Positions 7,951-16,375 of a stretch of DNA of 35,409 nucleotides are shown here, piece after piece. Location of the stretch: positions 1-35,409 of the forward strand of contig JALOQH010000001.1 in assembly GCA_025453475.1 (NCBI GenBank), read 5' to 3'. The notes beneath the pieces were generated by a model that ran no database searches, had not been told where the DNA came from, and worked only from the letters and a program-made list of their open reading frames with translations. The number at the start of each line of letters is the position of its first letter. Position 1 is the stretch's first letter. This stretch comes from an archaeon (GTDB lineage: Archaea; Nanobdellota; Nanobdellia; Pacearchaeales; GW2011-AR1). Both the position numbers and the translations under genes were made by a program.

Positions 7951-9528
7951 ATGACTGAAGATAAAAAAGATGCGAAAGAGCAGAGAATCAGGGCAATCAC
8001 AAGACTCCATTATTCCAAGCCGAATGTAATTGAAGCTATTGCAAAATTCTCGCGGGACAGGGAGGTTGTTCCCAGATATTTTGAGGGGTTTGGGAAAAGA
8101 CCTGACCAGATACAATATCCGTCGGATATAATGGGGATGGTAAACCGCGGGGCAACATCTTTTCACGCTTCAGAGGAATTGTGGCTTGACCCGTTGAAGA
8201 TTGACTCAAATATGACTCCTGAAGAGCTGAGCAAAATAAGAAAGTCATGGGATTTGCTTATTGACGTAGACTCTCCGTTTCTTGACTGCTCAAAAATCGC
8301 AACAAAATTAATCATTGCCGCGCTTGAACAGCATGGAGTTAAGAATTATGGCGTTAAATTCTCCGGCAGCAAGGGATTTCATATAATTGTGCCTGGGAAG
8401 GCTTTCCCGAGAATATTCAATGGGCAGGAAACAAAGAATATGTTTCCGGAATGGGCAAGAGCAATATCTGAATACCTGATGAATTGGATAAGACCTACAT
8501 ATAATAAAGAGGTTGCAAAACTTTTCAGTGAAGAAGAAATCCTGAAAAGGACAAATCTGAAAAGAGAAGATTTGAAATCCACGAGATGCCTGCAGTGCAA
8601 TAATGCTGCGCAGAAAGGAATCCTCGTAAAACTATACTGCCCTGAATGCGGATTTGAAGCAGAAAGAAGAGAATTAAAGTTAAATAAAAGAAAGCTCAGA
8701 TGCCTGAACGAAAACTGCCCCGGAATTCTTGAGATGAGAGATTCTGAGGAGTACAGCTATTGCGGATATTGCAAGGACCCTGAAAATGAAAAAATTGCGC
8801 TCTCATCCGACAGACATCCTGACAAGTTTGAGGAGACAGTTGGAATAAATGCGGAAGTGATTGCAAATCTTGATTTGGTTCTTGTTGCCCCGAGGCATCT
8901 TTTCAGAATGCCGTATTCGCTTCACGAAAAAACCGCTCTTGCGAGCGTGGTCCTGAAAAAAGAGCAGATTGAATCATTTTCCCCGAGAGATGCTGACCCA
9001 TTGAAAGTGAAGATTGCGGATTTCCTTCCAAATTCAATTGAAGGCGAGGCAAAAGGACTGCTCGCATCTGCACTTGAATGGAAGCGGGATTTTTCTGCAG
9101 CAGAAGAAAAAGCAATTACAAAGAAGTATGCAAACTACCAAAACTCCGGAAATTTTGAGAAGATTGATTCAAGAAATGTAACTGAGGATATGTTCCCGAA
9201 GCCCATAAAGAAGCTTCTTCTTGGCTTGAAAGACGGAAAGAAAAGGGGGCTGTTTATCCTCATCACATTTTTAAGAAGCCTGAATTTCCCGCCGGATTTT
9301 ATTAATATGCGGGTTCGCGAGTGGAATAAGAAGAACGAGCCTCCTTTGAAAGAGGGATATATCAAGAGCCAGATTGATTGGCACCTAAGGCAGAGAAAGA
9401 ATATACTCCCGCCGAACTATGACAACAAGAGCTTTTACACTGACCTTGGGCTGCTTGACGGAAAACCAGAGGTAAAGAACCCCATCGTGGAAGTAACCAG
9501 AAAGGTAAGGAACAGAAGCTATAATTAA
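7951..9528 (+). CDS. priS: Fused (monomeric) archaeo-eukaryotic primase: PriS catalytic domain + Zn-ribbon insertion + PriL-CTD/PriX-like domain
   Basis: AEP motifs WDLLIDVD, SGSKGFH, FRMPYSLH; C-terminal FP.PI..LL.G..DG.KR..FIL..FL, W...N..PL, PPN. Start set at ATG 7951, about 22 nt after AATTATAA. Confidence 0.9.
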   Translation: MTEDKKDAKEQRIRAITRLHYSKPNVIEAIAKFSRDREVVPRYFEGFGKRPDQIQYPSDIMGMVNRGATSFHASEELWLDPLKIDSNMTPEELSKIRKSWDLLIDVDSPFLDCSKIATKLIIAALEQHGVKNYGVKFSGSKGFHIIVPGKAFPRIFNGQETKNMFPEWARAISEYLMNWIRPTYNKEVAKLFSEEEILKRTNLKREDLKSTRCLQCNNAAQKGILVKLYCPECGFEAERRELKLNKRKLRCLNENCPGILEMRDSEEYSYCGYCKDPENEKIALSSDRHPDKFEETVGINAEVIANLDLVLVAPRHLFRMPYSLHEKTALASVVLKKEQIESFSPRDADPLKVKIADFLPNSIEGEAKGLLASALEWKRDFSAAEEKAITKKYANYQNSGNFEKIDSRNVTEDMFPKPIKKLLLGLKDGKKRGLFILITFLRSLNFPPDFINMRVREWNKKNEPPLKEGYIKSQIDWHLRQRKNILPPNYDNKSFYTDLGLLDGKPEVKNPIVEVTRKVRNRSYN

Positions 9529-9633
9529 AATATAACCAAGAAAGAGAAGAGTAGATTAAATATCTTTTGTCTTGGGAAGATTGTTTTGAAGATTGGATTT
9601 CTATTTAAATCTGAAATAACCATAATGATTTTG

Positions 9634-9909
9634 ATGGGGGAGACAAAAGCAGGAAGATTGGGCAGATTCCTTGCGATTTACATCGGTTACGCCATCAGGG
9701 AGATGCCTGCAGATGGAAAAAAAGAGTATTGCAAAAAGATTGAACAGGTGATTTCCGATTCTGCATTAAATGATGAGCTAGCAGAAATTGAAGAGTTTAA
9801 TCCTGCCTGCCCAGAGCATGCTGGCAGACTTGTGAAGCAGATTGCTAACCTTCAGTATAACCTTAACACAAGAAGGAACACAATCGAGGGGTTCTTAAGA
9901 GAACTTTGA
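9634..9909 (+). CDS. Hypothetical small helical protein
   Basis: Open frame on the locus strand with TTTAAA about 24 nt upstream of ATG 9634 (ATG 9625 is an alternative); no motif recognised. Confidence 0.6.
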   Translation: MGETKAGRLGRFLAIYIGYAIREMPADGKKEYCKKIEQVISDSALNDELAEIEEFNPACPEHAGRLVKQIANLQYNLNTRRNTIEGFLREL

Positions 9910-9943
9910 GAACATTTTTAAATAACCATTACATTAAAATCCT

Positions 9944-11794
9944 ATGAAAAAAGGCAGGTTATTTGCAGTATATATTATAGCTGTTCTTGCTGCGATTTTG
10001 TTATCGATGGGTTCTGTAAGCGCTGCTGCCAACGACAGCATGGATACAAGCGCAAAAGCCTATAAATGCCTTGAAGACCAGATTTCAACAAAGGGCGCGA
10101 GTGCGCTGTCTTTGCAAGAGGCGGTTTTCTCAATGCTTGCCTTGGGCTCAAAAAGCGGACTTTCGGATAAGATAGAATCTGAGAAGGGAGCTTCATGCTG
10201 GCCGAAATCAGGATGCACGATAAGAGACAGTGCCCAGGTTTTGCTTGCGTACCAAAGAGCTGGAAAGGGCACAGGAGAGATTGAAAAATGGCTCGAGACA
10301 AAGAATGCAACTCCCACAGAACTAAAGTGGCTTCTTGAGATAGACATAACAAATGGAGTCAGCGCAAACTGCACAATAAATGACGGAACAAAGGAAAATA
10401 AGATAAAGATTCTTGACACAATGAGGCTGCAGGGAAGCCCTGGCAGCTGCATGGTAATTGACCCCTCTGGATTTATGCTAAGAATAAACAGCAATTGCAT
10501 GGGCACGCAGTTTACCATATCGTGCGACGCGGATTTTGTAACAACAATGCTTTACCAGAGAGGAACAGGCGGAACAGTGTTTGTCCCTTCTGAAACACAC
10601 TCCGCAGCTGCTTCAGGCACAACAACAGAGAGACCGAATGCAAAGTGCTTCAAGACAGCAAGCACATGCGATTATGAGGGCACTCTTTGGGCCGCGCTTG
10701 CATTGCAGAAACTCGGAAAGGATGTAAGCGAGTATATGCCTTACCTTCTTGCGCTTGCTCCGGATAATCCGAGATACTTCCCAGAAACATTCTTATATAT
10801 ATTGGGCGGCGGAGAAGAGCAATACTCCTCAATTGTGCAAAACCAGAAGCAGGGCAAATACTGGGAGCAGGCAGGAACACCTTACGGCAAATTCTACGAC
10901 ACTGCGCTTGCCCTGATGTCATTGAGCGGAAAGTCTTCTGCAGAGTACGATAATGCAAAGAACTATCTTTCAAGTGTTCAGACAAAAGACGGGTGCTGGA
11001 ATAATAATAACATAAAAGACACGGCATTCCTGCTTTACGGCGGATGGCAGAAGTCAGCGAGTACAGAGGCAAAAGCTGCGCCGTCGTGCACTGGAAGCGG
11101 ATTTTCATGCGAGAACCTATATGATTGCGTAAATGCAAATGGAACTGTCCAGTACGGCTATGAGTGCCTTGGTGCAGGATTGTCCTGCTGTTCTGTAAAA
11201 GTCGCTCAGCAGACATGCACTCAAAAAGGCGGAATGGTTTGCACCATTGAGCAGACATGCGATGGAAGATTGGAATCAGCGTCTGACGGCTCATGCTGTC
11301 TCGGCGGCGCGTGTATCGCGGCAGTAAGCCCAATAACTGAAACATGCGGGGGCGCAGGTGGAATCTGCAAAGATTCGTGCGAGTCCAACGAAGAATATCT
11401 CTCGGTTGAAACGTGCGGGCAGGCAACCCAGATTTGCTGCAGAACAAAAGCTGGCTCGCTTATGTGGCTTTGGATAATATTGCTCATAATCCTGATAGCC
11501 TTGGTTGTGCTTGGAATAATATACCGCGACAAGGTAAAAATCTGGTGGTTCAAGTTCAAGGAGAAATTCAAGAAGAAGCCAGCTCAGCCTCCTGCAGGAG
11601 GACTGCCTGCTGCAAGGATACTTCCCCCTGGAATGGCAAGACCGCCGATGGTGGGAGCACCAAGACCTCCAATGGGATATCCCATGAGGCCAATGCCTGC
11701 ACCTGCAAGAGCTGTTCCTCCAAGACAGCCTACTGCAAAGGACAGGGAAATGGAAGAGACACTTAAGAAGATAAAAGAGATAGGCAAGAAGTAA
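9944..11794 (+). CDS. Type I membrane surface protein: signal peptide, prenyltransferase/terpene-cyclase-like alpha/alpha-barrel, 3 Cys-rich modules, TM, Pro-rich cytoplasmic tail
   Basis: Signal ending VSA-A; QW-like motifs QKQGKYW and QTKDGCW with T-A-x-A-L-L/M helices; Cys modules 11087-11440; TM LMWLWIILLIILIALVVLGIIY; P/M/G-rich tail. Confidence 0.8.
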   Translation: MKKGRLFAVYIIAVLAAILLSMGSVSAAANDSMDTSAKAYKCLEDQISTKGASALSLQEAVFSMLALGSKSGLSDKIESEKGASCWPKSGCTIRDSAQVLLAYQRAGKGTGEIEKWLETKNATPTELKWLLEIDITNGVSANCTINDGTKENKIKILDTMRLQGSPGSCMVIDPSGFMLRINSNCMGTQFTISCDADFVTTMLYQRGTGGTVFVPSETHSAAASGTTTERPNAKCFKTASTCDYEGTLWAALALQKLGKDVSEYMPYLLALAPDNPRYFPETFLYILGGGEEQYSSIVQNQKQGKYWEQAGTPYGKFYDTALALMSLSGKSSAEYDNAKNYLSSVQTKDGCWNNNNIKDTAFLLYGGWQKSASTEAKAAPSCTGSGFSCENLYDCVNANGTVQYGYECLGAGLSCCSVKVAQQTCTQKGGMVCTIEQTCDGRLESASDGSCCLGGACIAAVSPITETCGGAGGICKDSCESNEEYLSVETCGQATQICCRTKAGSLMWLWIILLIILIALVVLGIIYRDKVKIWWFKFKEKFKKKPAQPPAGGLPAARILPPGMARPPMVGAPRPPMGYPMRPMPAPARAVPPRQPTAKDREMEETLKKIKEIGKK

Positions 11795-11832
11795 AACAGC
11801 AAATTTATATAATTGTTCTATTTGGATTTGAT

Positions 11833-12897
11833 ATGAAAAGAATGCTGGTGTTCGCGATTGTTCTTATGATTTCCATGCAGGGAGTGTTTGCGATATCCAC
11901 TAATCTAAAAGACAGTTATAAGCCGGGGGAGACAGTTGCAAGCGAAATTTACGGGAATATCCTTGAGCCAATAACCAAAGATAGCGTGGAATTCAGAAGA
12001 GGGCATGTGCTTGTGCCGTTTGAATATGATTTGAAGAGGCTTGGCGACAAATACTATCTCTGGATGATTACTCCAGAAAATGAGGAGAACTACACGCTGA
12101 TTATAAAAGATATAACAACAACTGTTTCGGGCGAGATAAAAGAAGTAGACTATGAAAAGAATTTTACGACAAAGGGAAATCTAAGCGATTATTCTGTAAA
12201 GCCGGGTTTTATCTATGCACAAAGTGATTTTGAGCTGACAATGAATCTTAACCAGGACATGGAAAAGAGCATTCAGATTAACTTTCCGAACAAGACAAAT
12301 ATTGTGCTTAAGCCGGGAGAGAACAAATTTATGTTTTCCATAGGGGGAATCAATAAAACAGAGCTTAGAAATATCACAATAGGAAAATATTCCCTGCCAA
12401 TGTATGTTATTGTAAATAAAACAATAACGGCAGATGTTACTAATGCTACGAAGGAAGAGGAGGAGGAAGAAAAGGAAGAGAAAATTGAAATCCGCACAGA
12501 AAACCAGAGCGGGCAGAGATTCGAGAATTTCAGCATATATCCGTGCTCAGGAACTGACGGATTAAATGGGAAGATATGCGCGGCTGATGAAGTTTGCTCC
12601 GGAAAAGAAGTTGTTTCGGCAGATGGAATCTGCTGTAACATTGGAGAGTGCATGAAGAAAGAGCAGGTCAAGAAAGGAGGCAATGCGTGGATAGGCTATG
12701 TTGTTGCTGCCCTGGTAATTATCGGCGGGGTTTTTATCTGGATAAAATACAAGGGCGTTAAAAAGGAAGAGAACCCCATAGAAAAAGCTGCCCGGCAATT
12801 ATCTCCGAGATCACCTTACTTCTTTTTTGCCTTTTTCTTTGGAGATTTTGATTTCTTTTCCTTAACCTCGGCTGGAGCGGGTTGGGGCGCTGGCTGA
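11833..12897 (+). CDS. Membrane-anchored surface protein with beta-rich ectodomain, acidic linker, Cys module and TM
   Basis: Signal ending VFA-I; many N-x-S/T sequons; poly-E linker; C..C..C..CC..C module 12544-12651; TM AWIGYVVAALVIIGGVFIWI. 3' end overlaps the convergent gene by 82 nt. Confidence 0.8.
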   Translation: MKRMLVFAIVLMISMQGVFAISTNLKDSYKPGETVASEIYGNILEPITKDSVEFRRGHVLVPFEYDLKRLGDKYYLWMITPENEENYTLIIKDITTTVSGEIKEVDYEKNFTTKGNLSDYSVKPGFIYAQSDFELTMNLNQDMEKSIQINFPNKTNIVLKPGENKFMFSIGGINKTELRNITIGKYSLPMYVIVNKTITADVTNATKEEEEEEKEEKIEIRTENQSGQRFENFSIYPCSGTDGLNGKICAADEVCSGKEVVSADGICCNIGECMKKEQVKKGGNAWIGYVVAALVIIGGVFIWIKYKGVKKEENPIEKAARQLSPRSPYFFFAFFFGDFDFFSLTSAGAGWGAG

Positions 12898-13331
12898 GGG
12901 GCATTTTTGAATAATTGAGGTGCAACTTCCCGGAGTTTCCCAATAGCGAAATTCCTCTCTGCGATTATTCTCTTTGCGATTGCGTCATAATCATGCAATC
13001 TTGCCAGAAGTTTGTTGCCAAGCTCATTAAACTGGACGTTTGTCAGAGAAAAACTTGATGGGGAGATTATTTCTATATGGGCAGGCATATAGGCAAAAAT
13101 TATACCAAAGTAACTGTTCATTGATTCGAATTCTATAGTGACTTCCGCGAAAGTTGTGTATATGTCTTCGGAATCTTTCACTGCAACAGGTTCATGTACT
13201 ACCTTATCAATAACCTTTATGCCTTTTTCAGAGGATAACTTCGAAACCAATTCAGATAGAGCTGACTTTATGTGCTCTGCAGGTCTTCCAAGAATTTCAA
13301 GAACCATGACTGCCTGGATTTCTTTTGCCAT
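12816..13331 (-). CDS. Conserved archaeal hypothetical protein (EILG.P.EH.. type, probable ferredoxin-like fold)
   Basis: LEILGRPAEHI, FAEV, YMPAHIEI pattern; K-rich tail; AT-rich TATA-like element about 22 nt upstream. Confidence 0.8.
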   Translation of the reverse strand: MAKEIQAVMVLEILGRPAEHIKSALSELVSKLSSEKGIKVIDKVVHEPVAVKDSEDIYTTFAEVTIEFESMNSYFGIIFAYMPAHIEIISPSSFSLTNVQFNELGNKLLARLHDYDAIAKRIIAERNFAIGKLREVAPQLFKNAPQPAPQPAPAEVKEKKSKSPKKKAKKK

Positions 13332-13371
13332 AACTAAAACTAAGATATTGTATTTTTAAAAGCTTGGTTTC

Positions 13372-14052
13372 TCAAATTTTGCGAAGGGATATTAGAATAA
13401 CAACAACTATGCAGATTGCGGCAAATGCATAAGCTATCCCGAGTCTGACTTTTTCATCATTTGATATGTAACTCTCCGTTATTTGAGAAGCAGGATTAAG
13501 CAGGGTTTTTTCACCTGATGCCTCTTGGAGAAGCTCCTGGAAAGATGAGTCTTGATTGGATGACGGGACAAAATCCTCTCCAGGAGATTTGTTTAGCACT
13601 CTCTCTGTTGCTGCGCTTTCTGATTCAGAGTCTTCGCCTGCATCTGATTCCTCATCTTCATCTGCCTCTTTTTCGCCAGCTATCAGGCTTATCTTTTGGC
13701 AGACTTCTGTATAACTCGTGGCTCCCTCTTTTCTCAACCTTGAACAAATTACAGCATTCTCTGAATAATCTGTTGCCCTTACTTCAAATTCTGTTTTCGA
13801 GGGGAAAGCTGATTTAATGTAGTAATATGGATTCTTCCATCCCTCGTTGTATATCTGGGAGATTATTTTTTGCGAGGAGTTATCCATAATTACTATCTTG
13901 ACGTCATAAATATCTGATGCTGCTGCAGAAATTGAAACCGAAAAACTCTCGTTTAGCTCTGCTTCTTCAGGACATGATACAGTAAATGACAGCGCAGATG
14001 ACAGCGAGATTAAGAATACAAAAAACAAACAGCTAATAGCCATATGCTTCAT
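13372..14052 (-). CDS. Secreted, C-terminally anchored protein (Ig-like beta domain, acidic linker, TM)
   Basis: Start at MKHMAISCLFF signal peptide (SSA-L); D/E/S-rich linker; C-terminal LGIAYAFAAICIVVVILISL-RKI. Confidence 0.75.
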   Translation of the reverse strand: MKHMAISCLFFVFLISLSSALSFTVSCPEEAELNESFSVSISAAASDIYDVKIVIMDNSSQKIISQIYNEGWKNPYYYIKSAFPSKTEFEVRATDYSENAVICSRLRKEGATSYTEVCQKISLIAGEKEADEDEESDAGEDSESESAATERVLNKSPGEDFVPSSNQDSSFQELLQEASGEKTLLNPASQITESYISNDEKVRLGIAYAFAAICIVVVILISLRKI

Positions 14053-14788
14053 AGTGCACAATCCTCCCTTCTGAATCGAATAGATACAGGCTGTCCCGGT
14101 CATTATTCCAGATATTCTCCTTGGAGTTCCAGAAGAGGTCTGTTGAATTGTCCTCTCCGGCTCCAGAGTGCAGAATTAAGATTCCTGCCATTTCTTTTTT
14201 GAAAGTGTATGTTTTTCTGCTCTCATCCTTCAGATACCAGCCGACAAGATTAATTTTTGGGCAGTTGTTCTTCAGTACAATTAGTTCATTCCTGCTGTCT
14301 ATCCCAGAATCGAAACATCCGAAATATTCTGAGTTGTTCCAGATTCCGATGGAGCGCGCTATTGCGGATTTCTCTGCTTTCGCAAACTCCTTTAATTCTG
14401 ATTCATCGACCAAGAACTTTGAGGCAAGCCCAAGAGAGACTATCTCCAGATTCAGGTATTCTGGAGCATATAGCCTTGCGAGAGTTCTTTGATATTTATC
14501 TTCTCCGAGATATTCCGCCTCTATTGACTTATTTACATATTTCGAAAGAAATTCAATTGCCTGCCTGTAATTTGGAGTGCCTTTCTCAGGAGCGTTTATA
14601 TTCACAAGGCGCAGTGTTTTCCCATCCTCTGTTTTTAGGGTATCGCCGTCAACAATGCTGGCTAGAATAATATTTTCACGTCTGATTTCTTTTGAAGCAT
14701 GCGTATCAATTTCTGTGAACAGGGAAATCGAGATTATTGCAAGAAGAGATACCATCAGCGAGAATATCAGAGCGTATCTTTTTTTCAT
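14033..14788 (-). CDS. Membrane-tethered thermonuclease (SNase family) with C-terminal lamin-tail-like domain
   Basis: N-terminal TM/signal; IVDGDT, RLVNINAPE, DKYQRTLA, A.....GIW; LTD-like GWYLKDE and IWNNDRDSLYL.D. Confidence 0.88.
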   Translation of the reverse strand: MKKRYALIFSLMVSLLAIISISLFTEIDTHASKEIRRENIILASIVDGDTLKTEDGKTLRLVNINAPEKGTPNYRQAIEFLSKYVNKSIEAEYLGEDKYQRTLARLYAPEYLNLEIVSLGLASKFLVDESELKEFAKAEKSAIARSIGIWNNSEYFGCFDSGIDSRNELIVLKNNCPKINLVGWYLKDESRKTYTFKKEMAGILILHSGAGEDNSTDLFWNSKENIWNNDRDSLYLFDSEGRIVHYEAYGY

Positions 14789-14870
14789 TCAATTCCGCAC
14801 AAAAGATAATTAATATAATTAATTATGATGTAATAGAAAGGTTAATTAAACATAAAAGAGAACAACTGGT

Positions 14871-15818
14871 ATGAAAAAAGGTGAAAGCGCGAAAATTTAT
14901 GATTTGGCGGTTATCGGCGCGGGAATTGCAGGTTTATCCGGAGCAATGTATGCCGGGAGGCTTGGTTTAAAGACCGTGTGTTTCGGCGCGAGCCATGGTT
15001 CTGAAATGCCTCTTGGGGGCGTCATAACGACTACTAAGCAGATAGAGAATTATCCGGGATTTGAGTCAATTAACGGCGGTGAACTCGCGGGCAACATGAA
15101 GAAACAGGCAGAAACGTATAAAGCTGAACTTAAAGAAGAGATGGTTGAAAGTGTTGAAAAAACAAAGGAAGGTTTTGCTGTAAAAACAGACAAGGGAAGA
15201 TATTCAAGCAGAACGGTTTTGTTCGCGACAGGCACAAAATGGAGAAAATTGGATATTCCCGGAGGAAAGGAGTTTGAAAACAGGGGAGTGGCTTACTGTG
15301 CGCTTTGTGATGGTCCTTTCTTCAAGAACAAGCAGGTTGCTATAATTGGGGGCTCGGATGTAGCAGTGAAAGATGCGCTTCTTCTTGCGGAGCATGCAAA
15401 AAAAGTTTATATTATCTATCGCGGAGAAAAAATAAGGGGCGAGAATGCCAATCTTGAGAGAATTGCAAAGAATAAAAAAATTGAAATAATAAACAATACA
15501 AATGTCAAAGAAATAACCGGCAATAAGACAGTCACTTCTGTTGTTCTTGACAGAAAGTTCAATGGAAAGGATAAACTTCAGGTTGATGGTGTTTTCGCGG
15601 CAATTGGCAATGTGCCATTATCAAAACTTGCCAAAGAGATTGGGGCGAGGCTCAATGACGCGGGAGAGATTATGACAAACCCTAAAACCGGCGAAACAAG
15701 CATAAACGGCGTTTTTGCTGCGGGCGACGTATCTGACAGCAGATTCAAACAGGCAATAACCAGCGCAGCTGAGGGGTGCATCGCTGCCCACTCTGCTTTC
15801 GAATACCTTAAGAAATAA
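14871..15818 (+). CDS. trxB: Thioredoxin-disulfide reductase
   Basis: GAGIAG FAD motif, ENYPGF, ATG, CALCDG redox motif, GGSD.A, FAAGD, QAITSAAEG. Confidence 0.95.
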   Translation: MKKGESAKIYDLAVIGAGIAGLSGAMYAGRLGLKTVCFGASHGSEMPLGGVITTTKQIENYPGFESINGGELAGNMKKQAETYKAELKEEMVESVEKTKEGFAVKTDKGRYSSRTVLFATGTKWRKLDIPGGKEFENRGVAYCALCDGPFFKNKQVAIIGGSDVAVKDALLLAEHAKKVYIIYRGEKIRGENANLERIAKNKKIEIINNTNVKEITGNKTVTSVVLDRKFNGKDKLQVDGVFAAIGNVPLSKLAKEIGARLNDAGEIMTNPKTGETSINGVFAAGDVSDSRFKQAITSAAEGCIAAHSAFEYLKK

Positions 15819-15862
15819 GGATTTCAGGTTAAGTTTTTAAACTGGATAATACTAATAAACAT

Positions 15863-16330
15863 ATGACTCAAAGAATTGGGAAAAGGGGTATCTCTCCGGT
15901 TATTGCGACAGTGCTTTTGATATCCCTTGTGCTGATACTTGCAATTATAATCTATATGTGGGCAAGAGCATTTCTTCCAGAGCTGCTGCAAAAAGACCTC
16001 GGCAATGGACCTGAACCAATAGAGCGCGCCTGCGAGGCGGCAGTTTTTAATGCTGCCTATGATGTTGAGCAGGTTAGTGTAAGCAATGACGGGAATGTTC
16101 CTATATACGGTTTTGAGATATTGGTGAATGATGCTGCGACAGGTTCAATCATGTCCCTGGGCAGCTTTAACAAAACCATAAGAACCGGCGAGTCTACCAG
16201 TTTTGAGGTTGGTTATGTGGAAACAGGCAGTGAGATTACAATTATCCCTTCGTTAATCGGCGAGAATGAAGACGGCGAAAAAAAGTCCTATGTCTGCGGG
16301 GAAGATTATGCTCTCAGCGTAATTGTTTAA
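15863..16330 (+). CDS. Archaeal type IV pilin (class III signal peptide)
   Basis: KRG|ISPVIATVLLI... hydrophobic helix; two Cys in the globular domain. Confidence 0.9.
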   Translation: MTQRIGKRGISPVIATVLLISLVLILAIIIYMWARAFLPELLQKDLGNGPEPIERACEAAVFNAAYDVEQVSVSNDGNVPIYGFEILVNDAATGSIMSLGSFNKTIRTGESTSFEVGYVETGSEITIIPSLIGENEDGEKKSYVCGEDYALSVIV

Positions 16331-16375
16331 GATGAAAAGAAATAAAAGAGGAGTTTCTCCGGTTATTGCGACAGT
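15893..16375 (+). repeat. Exact 20-nt direct repeat TCTCCGGTTATTGCGACAGT in the two adjacent pilin genes (15893-15912 and 16356-16375)
   Basis: Direct comparison of the two signal-peptide coding regions. Confidence 0.9.

Noticed and set aside
10650..11447. 265-aa minus-strand ORF inside the alpha-barrel surface gene
   Set aside because: Fully antisense to a coherent gene; no motif, promoter or convincing start.
14871..15818. TrxB as a dedicated partner for the Cys-rich surface proteins
   Set aside because: Ordinary cytoplasmic TrxB with its own promoter; no DsbA/DsbD-like gene here, so adjacency alone is insufficient.
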